Position numbers and translations under genes: made by a program. 64,000 nt of DNA, taken from assembly GCA_964016885.1 (NCBI GenBank), contig OZ024740.1, positions 226,238,001 to 226,302,000 on the forward strand. Reading direction: 5' to 3'. Position 1 is the stretch's first letter. The number at the start of each line of letters is the position of its first letter. Below are positions 53,170-64,000 of this stretch, one piece after another. Under the pieces are notes generated by a model. The model saw nothing but the letters and a program-made list of their open reading frames with translations. It was not told the origin of the DNA and ran no database searches. Source of the stretch: Eledone cirrhosa (Eukaryota).

Positions 53170-53893
53170 ATATGTATATATATATATGTATATATGTATA
53201 TATATATATATATATATAGTGTAGGTAGTATGGTGAAATACTTCTTCGTTTTTTCTATTATATATATATATATATACACATACATTCACACACACACACA
53301 TATATATATATATATACATATACACATGCACATATTAATACATATATAGCTATATACAGAGAAAGTGTGGAGAGGAGAACGTGACAGAAAGAAATAAAAT
53401 AGATACCTCATTTCTCTGCTAAACTTTAGTATATGCCATCAATGTCTGATTATTTCTAGTTGCAAACTGTATTTAAATATTTATGTATTTATATATATAT
53501 ATATAGGAATTATTGATATGTGTATGAGTGTGGCCCTGTGTGTGAGTGCATATAATAGAATATAGAAAAAAGCTAAAACTATCTTTATTTTATTTTTTCA
53601 TATTTCCTATATATATATATATATATAGGAACGAGTAGGACCCCAACGGCTGAGCTCAAGCCATTTCGACGGCTAATTCTGGACTGAATTAGCCGTCGAA
53701 ACGGCTTGAGCTCAGCTGTCGGGGTCCTACTCGTTCCTATTACCCACTCTACTACCCTAAGTATTGAGTACTTTGGTGCATTATGGTCCACCTAGTTCCT
53801 TACCACATTTCCTTCGTTATATATATATATATATATAAACAAACATACATATATATGTGTGTGTCTATATACATATGTATGTATATCTGTATG

Positions 53894-53933
<40 letters not shown>

Positions 53934-54867
53934 TAGATAGATGTATATATGTGTGTGTGTACATAGTTGTGTGTATACATACATATTCTTAGGCACTAAA
54001 TACGTACACACATTCCTTCACACACAATGGGTTCTCATGAATGCTCCAGTTTTCTAATTCAACAACAGAATTTCAGTAAGTCTGTTTGCAATATTTTTTC
54101 AATTACCTTGATGTAGATAAAGAAACAGCATAGAATCAAGGCAAGAAACTGGGCAGGTAAATGGTATGTGACAGACAATCTAGACACCATATCAATCAAA
54201 GATTTGACAAAAAATTGAAGGGGAAGATGACAACAATACAGGTTTAATTACAAAAACAAACAGATTGGATTGAAATATGTAACAATACATATTTTAAAAT
54301 TAAGAAAAATATAAAAGCTAAAAGCTTTTATATTCTTCATCAAAAGACATCCAATGCAAATGAGAACCAAGGAAAATGGTAGTTTGAATGAAAGTGAAAA
54401 AAACAAAATAACAACAGTTTGAAATATGAGTCAAGTTTGGTCAGACCAAACATAGCTGAAAGACCCATTTTATCATATTCTTTTGGAATTGCTGTGTAAC
54501 ATAGAAACAGGAAGAATAAGCAAAATAATTGTAATATCAACTTGAATGGAATTTAAATGAAAATAGAGGAGACAACAATGATTTATCGAAACAGCATTTC
54601 AGAAAACAAAGAAATAATTTAAGGTAGTAAAAGAAGTGAAATGCATGCAACACAAACCAAAACTAAAACCAACCTCCACTGTATATATATATATATGTGT
54701 GTGTATATATGTATATATATATTTATATATATATATATTTATATATATATATGTATATATATATTTATATATATATATATACATATGTATTTATCTATAT
54801 GTATTTATATATATATGTGTATATATATATATTTGTATATATATGTATTTATATATATATATATATA

Positions 54868-54931
<64 letters not shown>

Positions 54932-55429
54932 AGTATTGAAGTTTCCGTTGAAAATTGAAAAAGTCATAGGAGTGAAGAGTGCTCTATGTAAGTACCAGAG
55001 CTAAATTTAATGTATAATAAACAATACAATATAATTACCTCATTACCAGAGGTTTCCTGAATAAGACGAATACAAAAAACGTCCTCATTCGTTCATCGGA
55101 CAATGCAGTGTATTGCCTTGCCTGATGAACGAATTAGGACGTTTTTCGAATGGTCCTTTGTCATCTGCTCGGTGAGCTTCAGCGATCTGAGGCCTGCTCT
55201 CACCACCTCCGCCCATGTTTTACGTGGTCTACCTCTACTACGTGTTCCTTCTACTGGGATTTCTTTACACTTCTTTATATATATATATATATATATATTT
55301 CATTTCTGAATTTGTTAGCAAGATTCTTTATCTGAAAACGTGTGTTGAAACCGATATTGTTATGCTTTGGGAGGGTCATGTTGCCAGTTGCTTTCACTCC
55401 AATTTATTATAAATTAAATTGCACATGCG

Positions 55430-56770
55430 GTGGGGGCCAGTATAAAATTAACCCTTAAAGAACATATGTTCAAATTTAATGGAAAAACATATGCCCAAGA
55501 GGAGGGAGCAGCCATTGGTGTTAACATTGCAGGTGACATAGCTAACCTATTCATGGTATGGTGGGACAATAAACTTAAACTTAAACTTAAAGAACAATTA
55601 GAAGACAGCAATCTCTTAACCCTGATAATGTACTCCCGCTACATTGATGATATAAACATCGTAGTAAAAACACCCCCACTAGAGAACAGTCAGGAATTAG
55701 AGAAAAACACCATGAAAAGCATCCAGCAAATAGCTAACTCCATCCACCAGAGTATTAGAGTTACTATAGACTACCCAAGCAAACACCCCAACCATCGATT
55801 ACCTGTACTAGACACAGAGCTCTGGTTAGAAACCATTAATAACAAAAAACAAATCCTCCATTCCCATTATGCGAAACCCATGACTTCCAAATATCTGATC
55901 CACCGAAACTCAGCTGTTTCGGATCACACCAAAATCAATATATTGATTGTGGATTTGGTATGGGTGATGAGAAACGTGTCCCGCATGTGCAACTCCAAAA
56001 AACTAGAGAGACACATACAACACTTCATCCACCGTATGAAGTTCTCTGGTTATAATCAGAGAGATAAAATTAGAGTATATAGAGGAGCCAGAACCAAGTG
56101 GGAAAAAATGGTAAATAATGATACAAATGGGACCTGCCCCTTGTATAGGAGCAAATGTTGGAATAGAATAGAAAGAACTAGGAATAAGGTTAATAGAATA
56201 AACTCATGGTATGATAGCAATAAATACCAGAGTGTAATGTTCATCAATACAACCCCTAGAGGTGAATTAGCTTACAAATTTAGAAGGGCCCTTGATAAAC
56301 ATAAACTCAATATTAAGATAGTAGAAAGACCAGGTACCTCCATAAAAACACTTATTAGCAATACATACCCTTTTCAAAGACCTCCCTGTATAGATAAGAA
56401 ATGCATAATCTGTAAACTAAGCCCCCATATTAACTGTAAAACTAGAAATGTAGTATATAGCATACGATGTACTGAAGGACAATGTAAAGATAAGAATATA
56501 GTGTACATAGGTGAGACAGCTCATGGTATAGGAAAACGGTTAAATGAACACTGGCAAGAACTTCAAGATAAAAAAGAATCATCAATACTCCACCAACATG
56601 CTAAAATAGAACATGAGGGCAAATTAGAGAACATAGAAATAAAAATAGAATCTACACACAGAAAAGACGCAATGTTTAGACAAATTACAGAGGCAATAAA
56701 CATAAACGAACTCCAACCAAAATTAAATAGAAAACATGAATCGAATAGCAACATCACAACTTACAATTAA
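55430..56770 (+). CDS. Penelope-like reverse transcriptase (C-terminal half) + GIY-YIG endonuclease, uninterrupted 446 codons
   Basis: FKFNGKTYAQEEGAAIG, YSRYIDDI, LPVLD, CIDKKCIIC linker, NVVYSIRC...VYIGET...RLNEH...HAKIEH...EA...PKLN. The start codon is an artefact of truncation. Confidence 0.9.
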   Translation: MGASIKLTLKEHMFKFNGKTYAQEEGAAIGVNIAGDIANLFMVWWDNKLKLKLKEQLEDSNLLTLIMYSRYIDDINIVVKTPPLENSQELEKNTMKSIQQIANSIHQSIRVTIDYPSKHPNHRLPVLDTELWLETINNKKQILHSHYAKPMTSKYLIHRNSAVSDHTKINILIVDLVWVMRNVSRMCNSKKLERHIQHFIHRMKFSGYNQRDKIRVYRGARTKWEKMVNNDTNGTCPLYRSKCWNRIERTRNKVNRINSWYDSNKYQSVMFINTTPRGELAYKFRRALDKHKLNIKIVERPGTSIKTLISNTYPFQRPPCIDKKCIICKLSPHINCKTRNVVYSIRCTEGQCKDKNIVYIGETAHGIGKRLNEHWQELQDKKESSILHQHAKIEHEGKLENIEIKIESTHRKDAMFRQITEAININELQPKLNRKHESNSNITTYN

Positions 56771-56968
56771 GGACAAAATGAAAACACACACACACATAGA
56801 ACAAACAACCAACCAGTAACATGTAAATAAACAAATAAATAAACAAATATAAACATACACAGACACCTGGATGTAACACATGTGCAAACAAAGCACACAA
56901 CACACACAAAAACAAGATGGCATAGGACAGAACAAAGGAGAGGCACAAAACAAAGAAAAGAATCCCCA

Positions 56969-57011
56969 GTCACTGAAGAGGTCACAGAATGTGTGACGAA
57001 AGAACTTTGAC
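56969..57011 (+). ncRNA. Minimal type I hammerhead ribozyme in the PLE pseudo-LTR
   Basis: GUCA-CUGAAGA-G-GUCACA-gaaug-UGUGAC-GAAAGAACUU^UGAC. Helix I 4/4, helix II 6/6. Confidence 0.72.
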
Positions 57012-57227
57012 AATATATGAACAACTGTCCGGTTATGTAACCAACCAACCAACCGGAAATTTATAAATTCTTAAATTTATAAATTTAATTTATAATAAAT
57101 TGGAGTGAAAGCAACTGGTGCGTGTGTTTCTTATTGGCAACATGAACCTCCCAAAGCATAACAATATATATATATATATATGTATGTATATGCATGTATA
57201 TATATTTGTATTTTTATATATATGTAC

Positions 57228-58080
57228 AGAATCAAGAGGACTGGGAGTGAACCTAGCTAAGACAAAAGTGTTGATAAGTAGAAAAGAGGACAAAATCTGA
57301 TTCCATCAGCGAAATGGCCATGTTCGATATGTAGAAAAGGAGCTGGCATAAATTCTATAAAATGTACACAATGCAGATCTTGGGTACACAAGAGATGTAG
57401 TGCGATTGTGGACAAACTAACAAGTACGGAAAACTACGTATGCAGTAGATGTACACGGAAATTTGACAGTAGGAGTCGCAATGATAGACACATTTTTCAA
57501 ATGCAGGTAGGTTCTATGGAAGTGGTTGATAGCTTCTGGTATCTGGCTGACCAAATTAGCATGGGAGGGGGGTGTTCCGAGGCCATAGTATCTAGAATAA
57601 GAACAGGTTGGAAGAAGTTTAGGGAGTTGCTTCCTCTGTTGACAAAGAAGGGTTTCTCCCTGCGTACGAAAGGCCGGTTATATGTTGCCTGTGTGAGATG
57701 TGTGATGCTGCATCGTAGTGAGACATGGGCAACAACTGCAGAGGATATGCAATGGCTGGAGAGAAATGAAGCAAGCATGCTTCATTGGATGTGTAATGTC
57801 AATGTGTATAAGTGACCAAGCATGTATGAGTTGAGAGAGAAACTGTTTATAAGAGGGATAAGTTGTAGGGCATGTGGTGCACATGGAGGATGACACAGTA
57901 GAGGAAGACCATGAAAAATATGGGCAGAGATGGTGAGAGCAGATCTCAGATCGCTGAAGCTCAAGCTCACGGAGGAGATGAGGAAGGACCATGACAAGTG
58001 GAGAGATGCTGTGCTGAATAGGACCCATCCCACTCTGCAACCAGGGAAAAGCAGACATAAAAGGATAATGATGATGATGA
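57228..58080 (+). mobile_element. RTE LINE 3' fragment (same subfamily as 10368-12175)
   Basis: GLGVNLAKTKVL, PHD remnant, SRIRTGWKKFRELLPLL, (GAT)n tail. Confidence 0.88.
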
Positions 58081-58804
58081 TATATATATTTATATATATA
58101 TATGCATTTATATGCATGTATATATATATATGTATGTGTGTATATATATATATATATATCTTAGTCTTACATTCTTCTGCACCTTTTGGCGCATTGAGCA
58201 GTAATTCGTCTCCAACAGTCACAATCAGTGGCAGCTTTTCCACGGCCATGCCAAATGATGTTGGCTGCCATCAGGTCTTTTTGGAACAATAATCACCAGG
58301 TGATCCTGGGGCAGGCCCGCTTCCATTTGCCACCAGGTGGAGTCCAGTTCATTGCAGTTTTCGAGTGAATTCATCGCACGTGTATATATACATATATATA
58401 TATATACGATAATAACAAATGGAAACTATATTTATAAAACCATATTTATTTTATTATACATATTTCAAGGACATCAATATATTGTCAAATATGTATAATA
58501 AAATAAATATGGTTTTATAAATATAGTTTCCATTTGTTAATATCGTATATTTACTCCAAATACTTGTTGAGTGCTTTATATCAGTTATAAAAATATTTGC
58601 TTCTGGTATCCCAACAATTTAAATAGAACTTTCCAATATATATATATGTACAATGATATTAAATAAATGGAAACTATATTTATAAAACCATATTTATTCT
58701 ATTATATATATTTCAAGGGTACGCTCTCATCAGATAAAATACAAAGTTTGTTTTATAAATATTGACATAACCAGGAAGAAGATCTTAATGCTTCAAGTTT
58801 TTCA

Positions 58805-60328
58805 TCATGATCATCATCATCATCGTTTAACGTCCATCTTCCACGCTTGCATGGGTTTTCCTGGATAGTAAAGATAGTTTAGCGTAAAAGTTGGTGTTCA
58901 TCAGGGCTCCGTTATTAGCCCCCTACTATTTATTATTGCCCTTCAGGCTATAACAGAGGAGTTTAAGACCAGCTTTCCATGGGAACTCCTATACGCAGAT
59001 GATCTAATGCTCATAGCTGAATCAATAGCTGAACTAGAGAAGAAATTCCAAACATGAAAGCATGGCCTAGAATCAGAAGGCCTTAAAGTTAACTTGTCTA
59101 AGACTAAAGTTCTAGTTTGTAGGAAGGAAAATAGGGCACCGGTCCCATCTGGGAAATGGCCATGCTCAGTGTGTAGGAAAGGAGTAGGCAGAAACTGCAT
59201 TTTATGTCCCAAATGCAAAGTATGGGTGCATAAAACATGTAGTGGGATCACAGGTAAGCTAAGTAAGAATATAGATTTAATATGTGGCCGGTGCTCTGGT
59301 GCAATAAGTAGCAGCAAGTGCCCACTGAATACTAGCTCATTCCATTGCACAGATGGTTCTATAGAAATAGTGGACACCTTCCGTTACCTGGATGACAAAA
59401 TCAGCAGTGGGGAAGGGTGCTCTGAAAGTACAGTAGCTAGAATCAGAACGGGATGGAAAAAGTTCAGAGAGCTTATACATCTATTGGCCGCTAAAGGATT
59501 CTGTCTAAAAATGAAAGGCAGGCTGTATGATGCCTGCATACGAACAGCAATGTTACATGGCAGTGAGACCTGGGCATTGTGTGCAGAGGATATATGCAGA
59601 CTGGAGAGGAACGAAGCTTTCATGCTCCACTGGATATGTAATAGTAATATATGTGAACGGCAAAGCATAAATGAACTAAGGAAAAAATTAAGAATAAGAG
59701 GGATCAGATGTTGTTTACTCGAGAGAAGGCTACGTTGGTACGGTCACGTGATGCGCATGAAAGACGACAGCTGTATAAAAAAGTGCAGGGCGATAAAAAT
59801 AGTTGGTAGCCACGGAGTAGGCAGACCCAGAAAAACCTGGGACGACTTGATAAATTCCGACCTCACACACTTACACCTCTCCAAGACAATGTCACTGGAC
59901 CGAGATCTTTGGTGCTACACAGTAATAGAGAAGACCCGCCTTACCTAAGTACAAAGCGAAACCTACAGTCAGTAGGCACCTCTAACAAAAATACACCCCT
60001 ATCCCACTACCTCACCCCATCCACACCACCCCCTTCAATGTAAAGTTATGTTGGTACCACAACATCCAGGCCGAAACAAATGAGGTCGTGTAGGTGTCAT
60101 GACAAAAAAACACACAGTCCACGCTGTAATGTGGCCGTGTAGGTAACACGGTAAAAACCTCCCAGTCCACACTGTAAACATGGTTGGTGTTAGGAAGGGC
60201 ATCCAGCCGTAGAAAACCCGCCAGACAGTCCTATACGAGCAAGACAACCAATCTTGACTCAAGTTGGAAAATTCCCGTCCAAACCCATGCTAGCGTGGAA
60301 GATGGACGTTAAATGATGATGATGATGA

Positions 60329-60332
<4 letters not shown>
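58805..60332 (+). mobile_element. RTE LINE 3' half (PHD family, second subfamily) with an inverted tail copy at its 5' end
   Basis: GVHQGSVISPLLF, YADDL, ORF 59094-59948 with C4HC3 and RLRWYGHVMRM, 3' UTR and (GAT)n. Confidence 0.9.
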
Positions 60333-60373
<41 letters not shown>

Positions 60374-62482
60374 ATCTATGTATATTTATAGTTAATATGA
60401 AGTATTGTGAGATATGTAATAAAAGGTGGATATGTTTCAAGAAGTTGCTTCAGAGCAGTAGAAATATATAAAGGGCAACATCATATTTCAGGGCTGTACC
60501 CTGTTTTCAAATGTAAAGCAGAAGCAGTCCAAATCAAAAATAAAAACAAATAATCGATGAGTTCTTCTTTACTGGTCTAAGTGACTGAAATACACATGCA
60601 TGAAGTTGTTATAGTAGCCAATCTGCTTAAGACATTTCTTATCAATTATCTATCTAAGGTTTTTCCCGATAATATTGTAAATATGATCCTAAATATTTAT
60701 TTTGTTGTGTTTTTTAGTTTAATCTAAATCTAGTCACAGAAATAAGGGAAGTTAAAACACAAGTTTATTCATTAGTAATATATTTTAAGATTTTAGTAAC
60801 CTTTGTTTAATGATTTTGAAAATATCTTGAAGGAGAAAATTGTACCCACATATTAGAATGAACTGTGAATACGGCACTGATATTTGATCCATTATTAATC
60901 TTTCAAGATGATATAAAGTTTCTATGGTTTTCTATCTTTCTTGTAAAATCTACCAATAAGGCTTTATCAGTTTCTATTACCTTCATCCATTTAAGCTCGA
61001 TAAAATGTACCAGTCTAGTTCTGGGGTTGATTCTTCCACTATATCTCTTTCTCACTTCTTTTCTCTCCCTCTTTATCTTTCTCTGGAAGAAATCTCCTAC
61101 ATTCAGACCTGGAGAGGAGATGGGCTGCGTCAGATTTTAAAATGCTCTAGAAATGCTGTATGTCAATATGATGCGCCTATTACTCCCTCAGGAATTACAG
61201 ATTCTTAATAAAAATTACATGCAGGATTTTTCCAATTCCTTTTGCTCTGCTAGAATAACATAAACACTGATTTTTTTTGTAACTATTCTTTTATTGTGTT
61301 TTTCTTTTTATATCAAATTTCAGATTTTCTCTACTTACATGTGGTTGATGTTTTTAACATGGGGATTTAATGATTTGTGATTCTATAGAATATTAATATG
61401 TATTAGCAGGTTTCAAGCCATGTTGTATAGCTGAATACCTTCTGGATTATCTGTGAACTATCTATCTAGTTTATGTTATTGAAATCCAAACATTTATACT
61501 CAACCATCACAGTTACTCTTACATCAGATTGTTTAATTTCAAGACAACTTAATCTGTCATTTGGTTTTACTCCACCGCCTGTCACGTGGGTCTCTTTGAT
61601 GGAGTTCACTCATTTAAAAACATTCTAATTAGGTCTCTTGTTTGAAGACACTTTCTTCACTCCCAACTGTCACAGGGACGCTGGAAAAGGTCATAGGCAC
61701 TGCTCTTCTTTCCTCTATAAAACAGTAAAAAGGAATTTAATTAAATAAAAATTCAACGTTTGTTCAAACATTTTTGTTTAGAACTGTATCTACCTGGAAT
61801 TGTTTTTCTAGTCCTGCTTTATGGAAAAGCTTTAAGCCCAACATTTGACATCATTGATTTTACCAGCCTAAAGGACATCCAAAGATCATGGATTCTGCTC
61901 CACTCCTGATTAAATAGTTAAAATAAAACCATAGAAGTTTATAATTCAGCCAGTATGAAAACCCCAAAATCAAATTCCTGGTTATTTAAATATTCTGCTC
62001 ACCTCTTAACATTTTGCAAGTGATATGATAACTGATTCTCTTTTTATGACATAACTGTTGACAATATTTTTTAGATTGCCAAATACTGTGCTGCCAGTAC
62101 TTTCCCTAGCATGCAATTCTTAACCTAGGGGGCACTTTTTCAGCAGAGAAATCTTAAGATTCCAGGAGGAGATTTTGGGATTCCACTGAAGAAATTGTTT
62201 TAGGGTGAAAAAGTATTTATCATTATTTGTACTGTATCTGCTAAATTTATTTTTCCAAATGTTGATTTTTTTTTAAGGATGTTAATGTTTAGTTAATAGA
62301 ATCCTGTTAATGTGATTTACCAAATCGTGTTGTATATAAAGCTACTTCTTTCTTATCATATGTTAGAAATGTGAACTGATAAAGTGAGGAAATAAAAGGA
62401 AAAGAGATGAAAAGACTTTGGTGTACTTCAGTTATGCCTCCCACTCTTTTCCTTATGTATATTAACTCTTAACGCCCAATGA

Positions 62483-62820
62483 AGGCATGTGGGTTAGTGC
62501 TTTGAGCCTTCAGTTCACAACTGTAAGGTTGTGAGTTTGAATCCCAGACCAGTGCATTGTGTTCTTGAGTAAAACACTTTATATCACATTGCTCCTGTTT
62601 ACTCAGTAGTAGCAATGAGTTTTGATGTCAATGGTGCTGAGCTTTATCAACCATTGTCTTTCCCATGGACAACATCGGTAGTATGAAGATGGGAGACTGG
62701 CATGCATGGGCAATGGCTGGTCTTCCACAAACACACCTTGCCCAGACTTGTGCCTGCCTCAGAGGGGAGCTTTCTATGTGCGAAACCATGGGCATTCATA
62801 ACTGAAGAGGGTCTTCTTAA
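62483..62820 (+). mobile_element. CORE-type tRNA-derived SINE
   Basis: GGCATGTGGGTTAGTG, GAGTTTGAATCC, TGTGTTCTTGAGTAAAACACTT. Confidence 0.7.
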
Positions 62821-63639
62821 TGACCCATAAAACCACATTAGAAAGACATTCTTGAAAAGTACAAAACAATACAATGACTTTATCTCATTGAAATTTATGA
62901 AAGTCTTTCTACTAGTACTACAAATGTTTACAATGATTTTATGATATTGTGTTCTTGAACAGTTTGTGTAATTCATTTGACATTCACTGTTGAAGTGGGT
63001 GTCAAACAGTTAGTAGACAAATAGAACTTATCTTCTATAAAAAATAATGTATCATGTTATCGAGTGAGTTAAGTTAATGTCTGGGATTTTCTTCAACAGT
63101 TCAATATGTATGGATCTTCTTTGATTAAGGTGTAGAATTCTTGTCAGATATTTAAGATTTCATTTCAGATCTGTTGACATTATAAAATACTATAAAATTA
63201 TAGTATTTGAATTAACAAACATTTGAATTAACAAACCCATTTTTAGATATTTTCTGCTAAAATATTACAAAATATTAAGAGTTCGTTATCTGCTTACTGT
63301 TAGTTCTAACCACATCCACTGCTACCCATATTATACTGACCAAATCTTTTTTTATTAACCTTTTCCAATATGTTGCTTCTATGAATGAATATCTGAATAA
63401 CATCCTCCAATGGAGTCGCAACAACCATATTTGATTAAATGCTACAACAAAATGTTTGTTATAAACAACAAAATAAAATCGCTATACATATTTATGAAAC
63501 AGATTTGCCCATAAGGGTGCAAAATACATCAGGTAAAGACTACAAACATACTACAAATGCTAGACCTTAACATTTCTGATGATCATATAAGTACACTGTA
63601 GAGTTGAGAAAACTCTTCAGTCTTACCATGTGAATGAGA

Positions 63640-63917
63640 TCATTTATGATAAAATGCACCCAATACACTCTATAAAACATAGTACTGGTGCCATGATAAA
63701 ATGCATCCAGTACACTCTGTAATGTATTAGTTCTAGCGCTGATAAATTGCACTCTGTAAAGTGATTGGTCTTCGGAAAAGCATCCAGCTGTTAAAACCAT
63801 ACCCAAATATGGAATTATAAGCATGGCATTATTATCTGACCCCTTTTGTCTCAGATCATAGCAGCCTATCCAACTCATGTTAGCATGAAAAGGGATTGTA
63901 AAATGATGATGATGATT
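63640..63917 (+). mobile_element. Degenerate RTE/SINE 3' tail
   Basis: GCATCCAGCTGTTAAAACC, CATGTTAGCATG, (GAT)n. Confidence 0.6.
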
Positions 63918-64000
63918 ATAATTTCACAAAGTAAGATTGCTCCGTATTCTTGTGGAAATTTGTCTCTGATCAAGTTCAAAATTAACACAACAGCATCTAT

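Larger units (their letters stand above)
55306..57167 (+). mobile_element. Penelope-like retroelement, 5'-truncated, with an inverted 5' pseudo-LTR piece
   Basis: RT+GIY-YIG ORF. 55354-55420 is inverted at 57082-57167. Both ends lie in (TA)n. Hammerhead in the 3' pseudo-LTR. Confidence 0.9.

Noticed and set aside
55075-55146. CTGATGA inside an inverted repeat of about 29 bp as a possible hammerhead
   Set aside because: No properly placed GAAA or helix III follows. Treated as a short fold-back only.

Overview
AT-rich eukaryotic non-coding DNA. The SINE/RTE repertoire and dense (TA)n tracts suggest an octopod cephalopod (inference). I recognise no host protein-coding gene; nearly all long ORFs are translations of tandem repeats or transposon remnants. 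The main result is at 339-8240: about 25 near-identical copies of a 310-bp, hairpin-rich unit, each carrying a type I hammerhead ribozyme (CUGAUGA...GAAACGCGUA, with an extended helix I). The copies form two divergent head-to-head arrays (11 + 14 ribozymes) set between (TA)n tracts. This fits a retrozyme (viroid-like circular RNA) copied by rolling-circle, twin-primed reverse transcription. A second, sequence-distinct hammerhead with the same architecture lies at 4-51. A Penelope-like element (RT + GIY-YIG, with its own hammerhead) at 55.3-57.2 kb is a plausible type of mobiliser. Also present: a DD37D/maT transposon, several RTE LINE copies with a PHD finger in ORF2, a SINE whose 49-bp segment expanded about 60-fold (an unexpanded sibling is in the same window), a 6.7-kb 40-bp minisatellite with higher-order structure, and a 1.3-kb Gypsy-derived element bounded by 65-bp inverted repeats.
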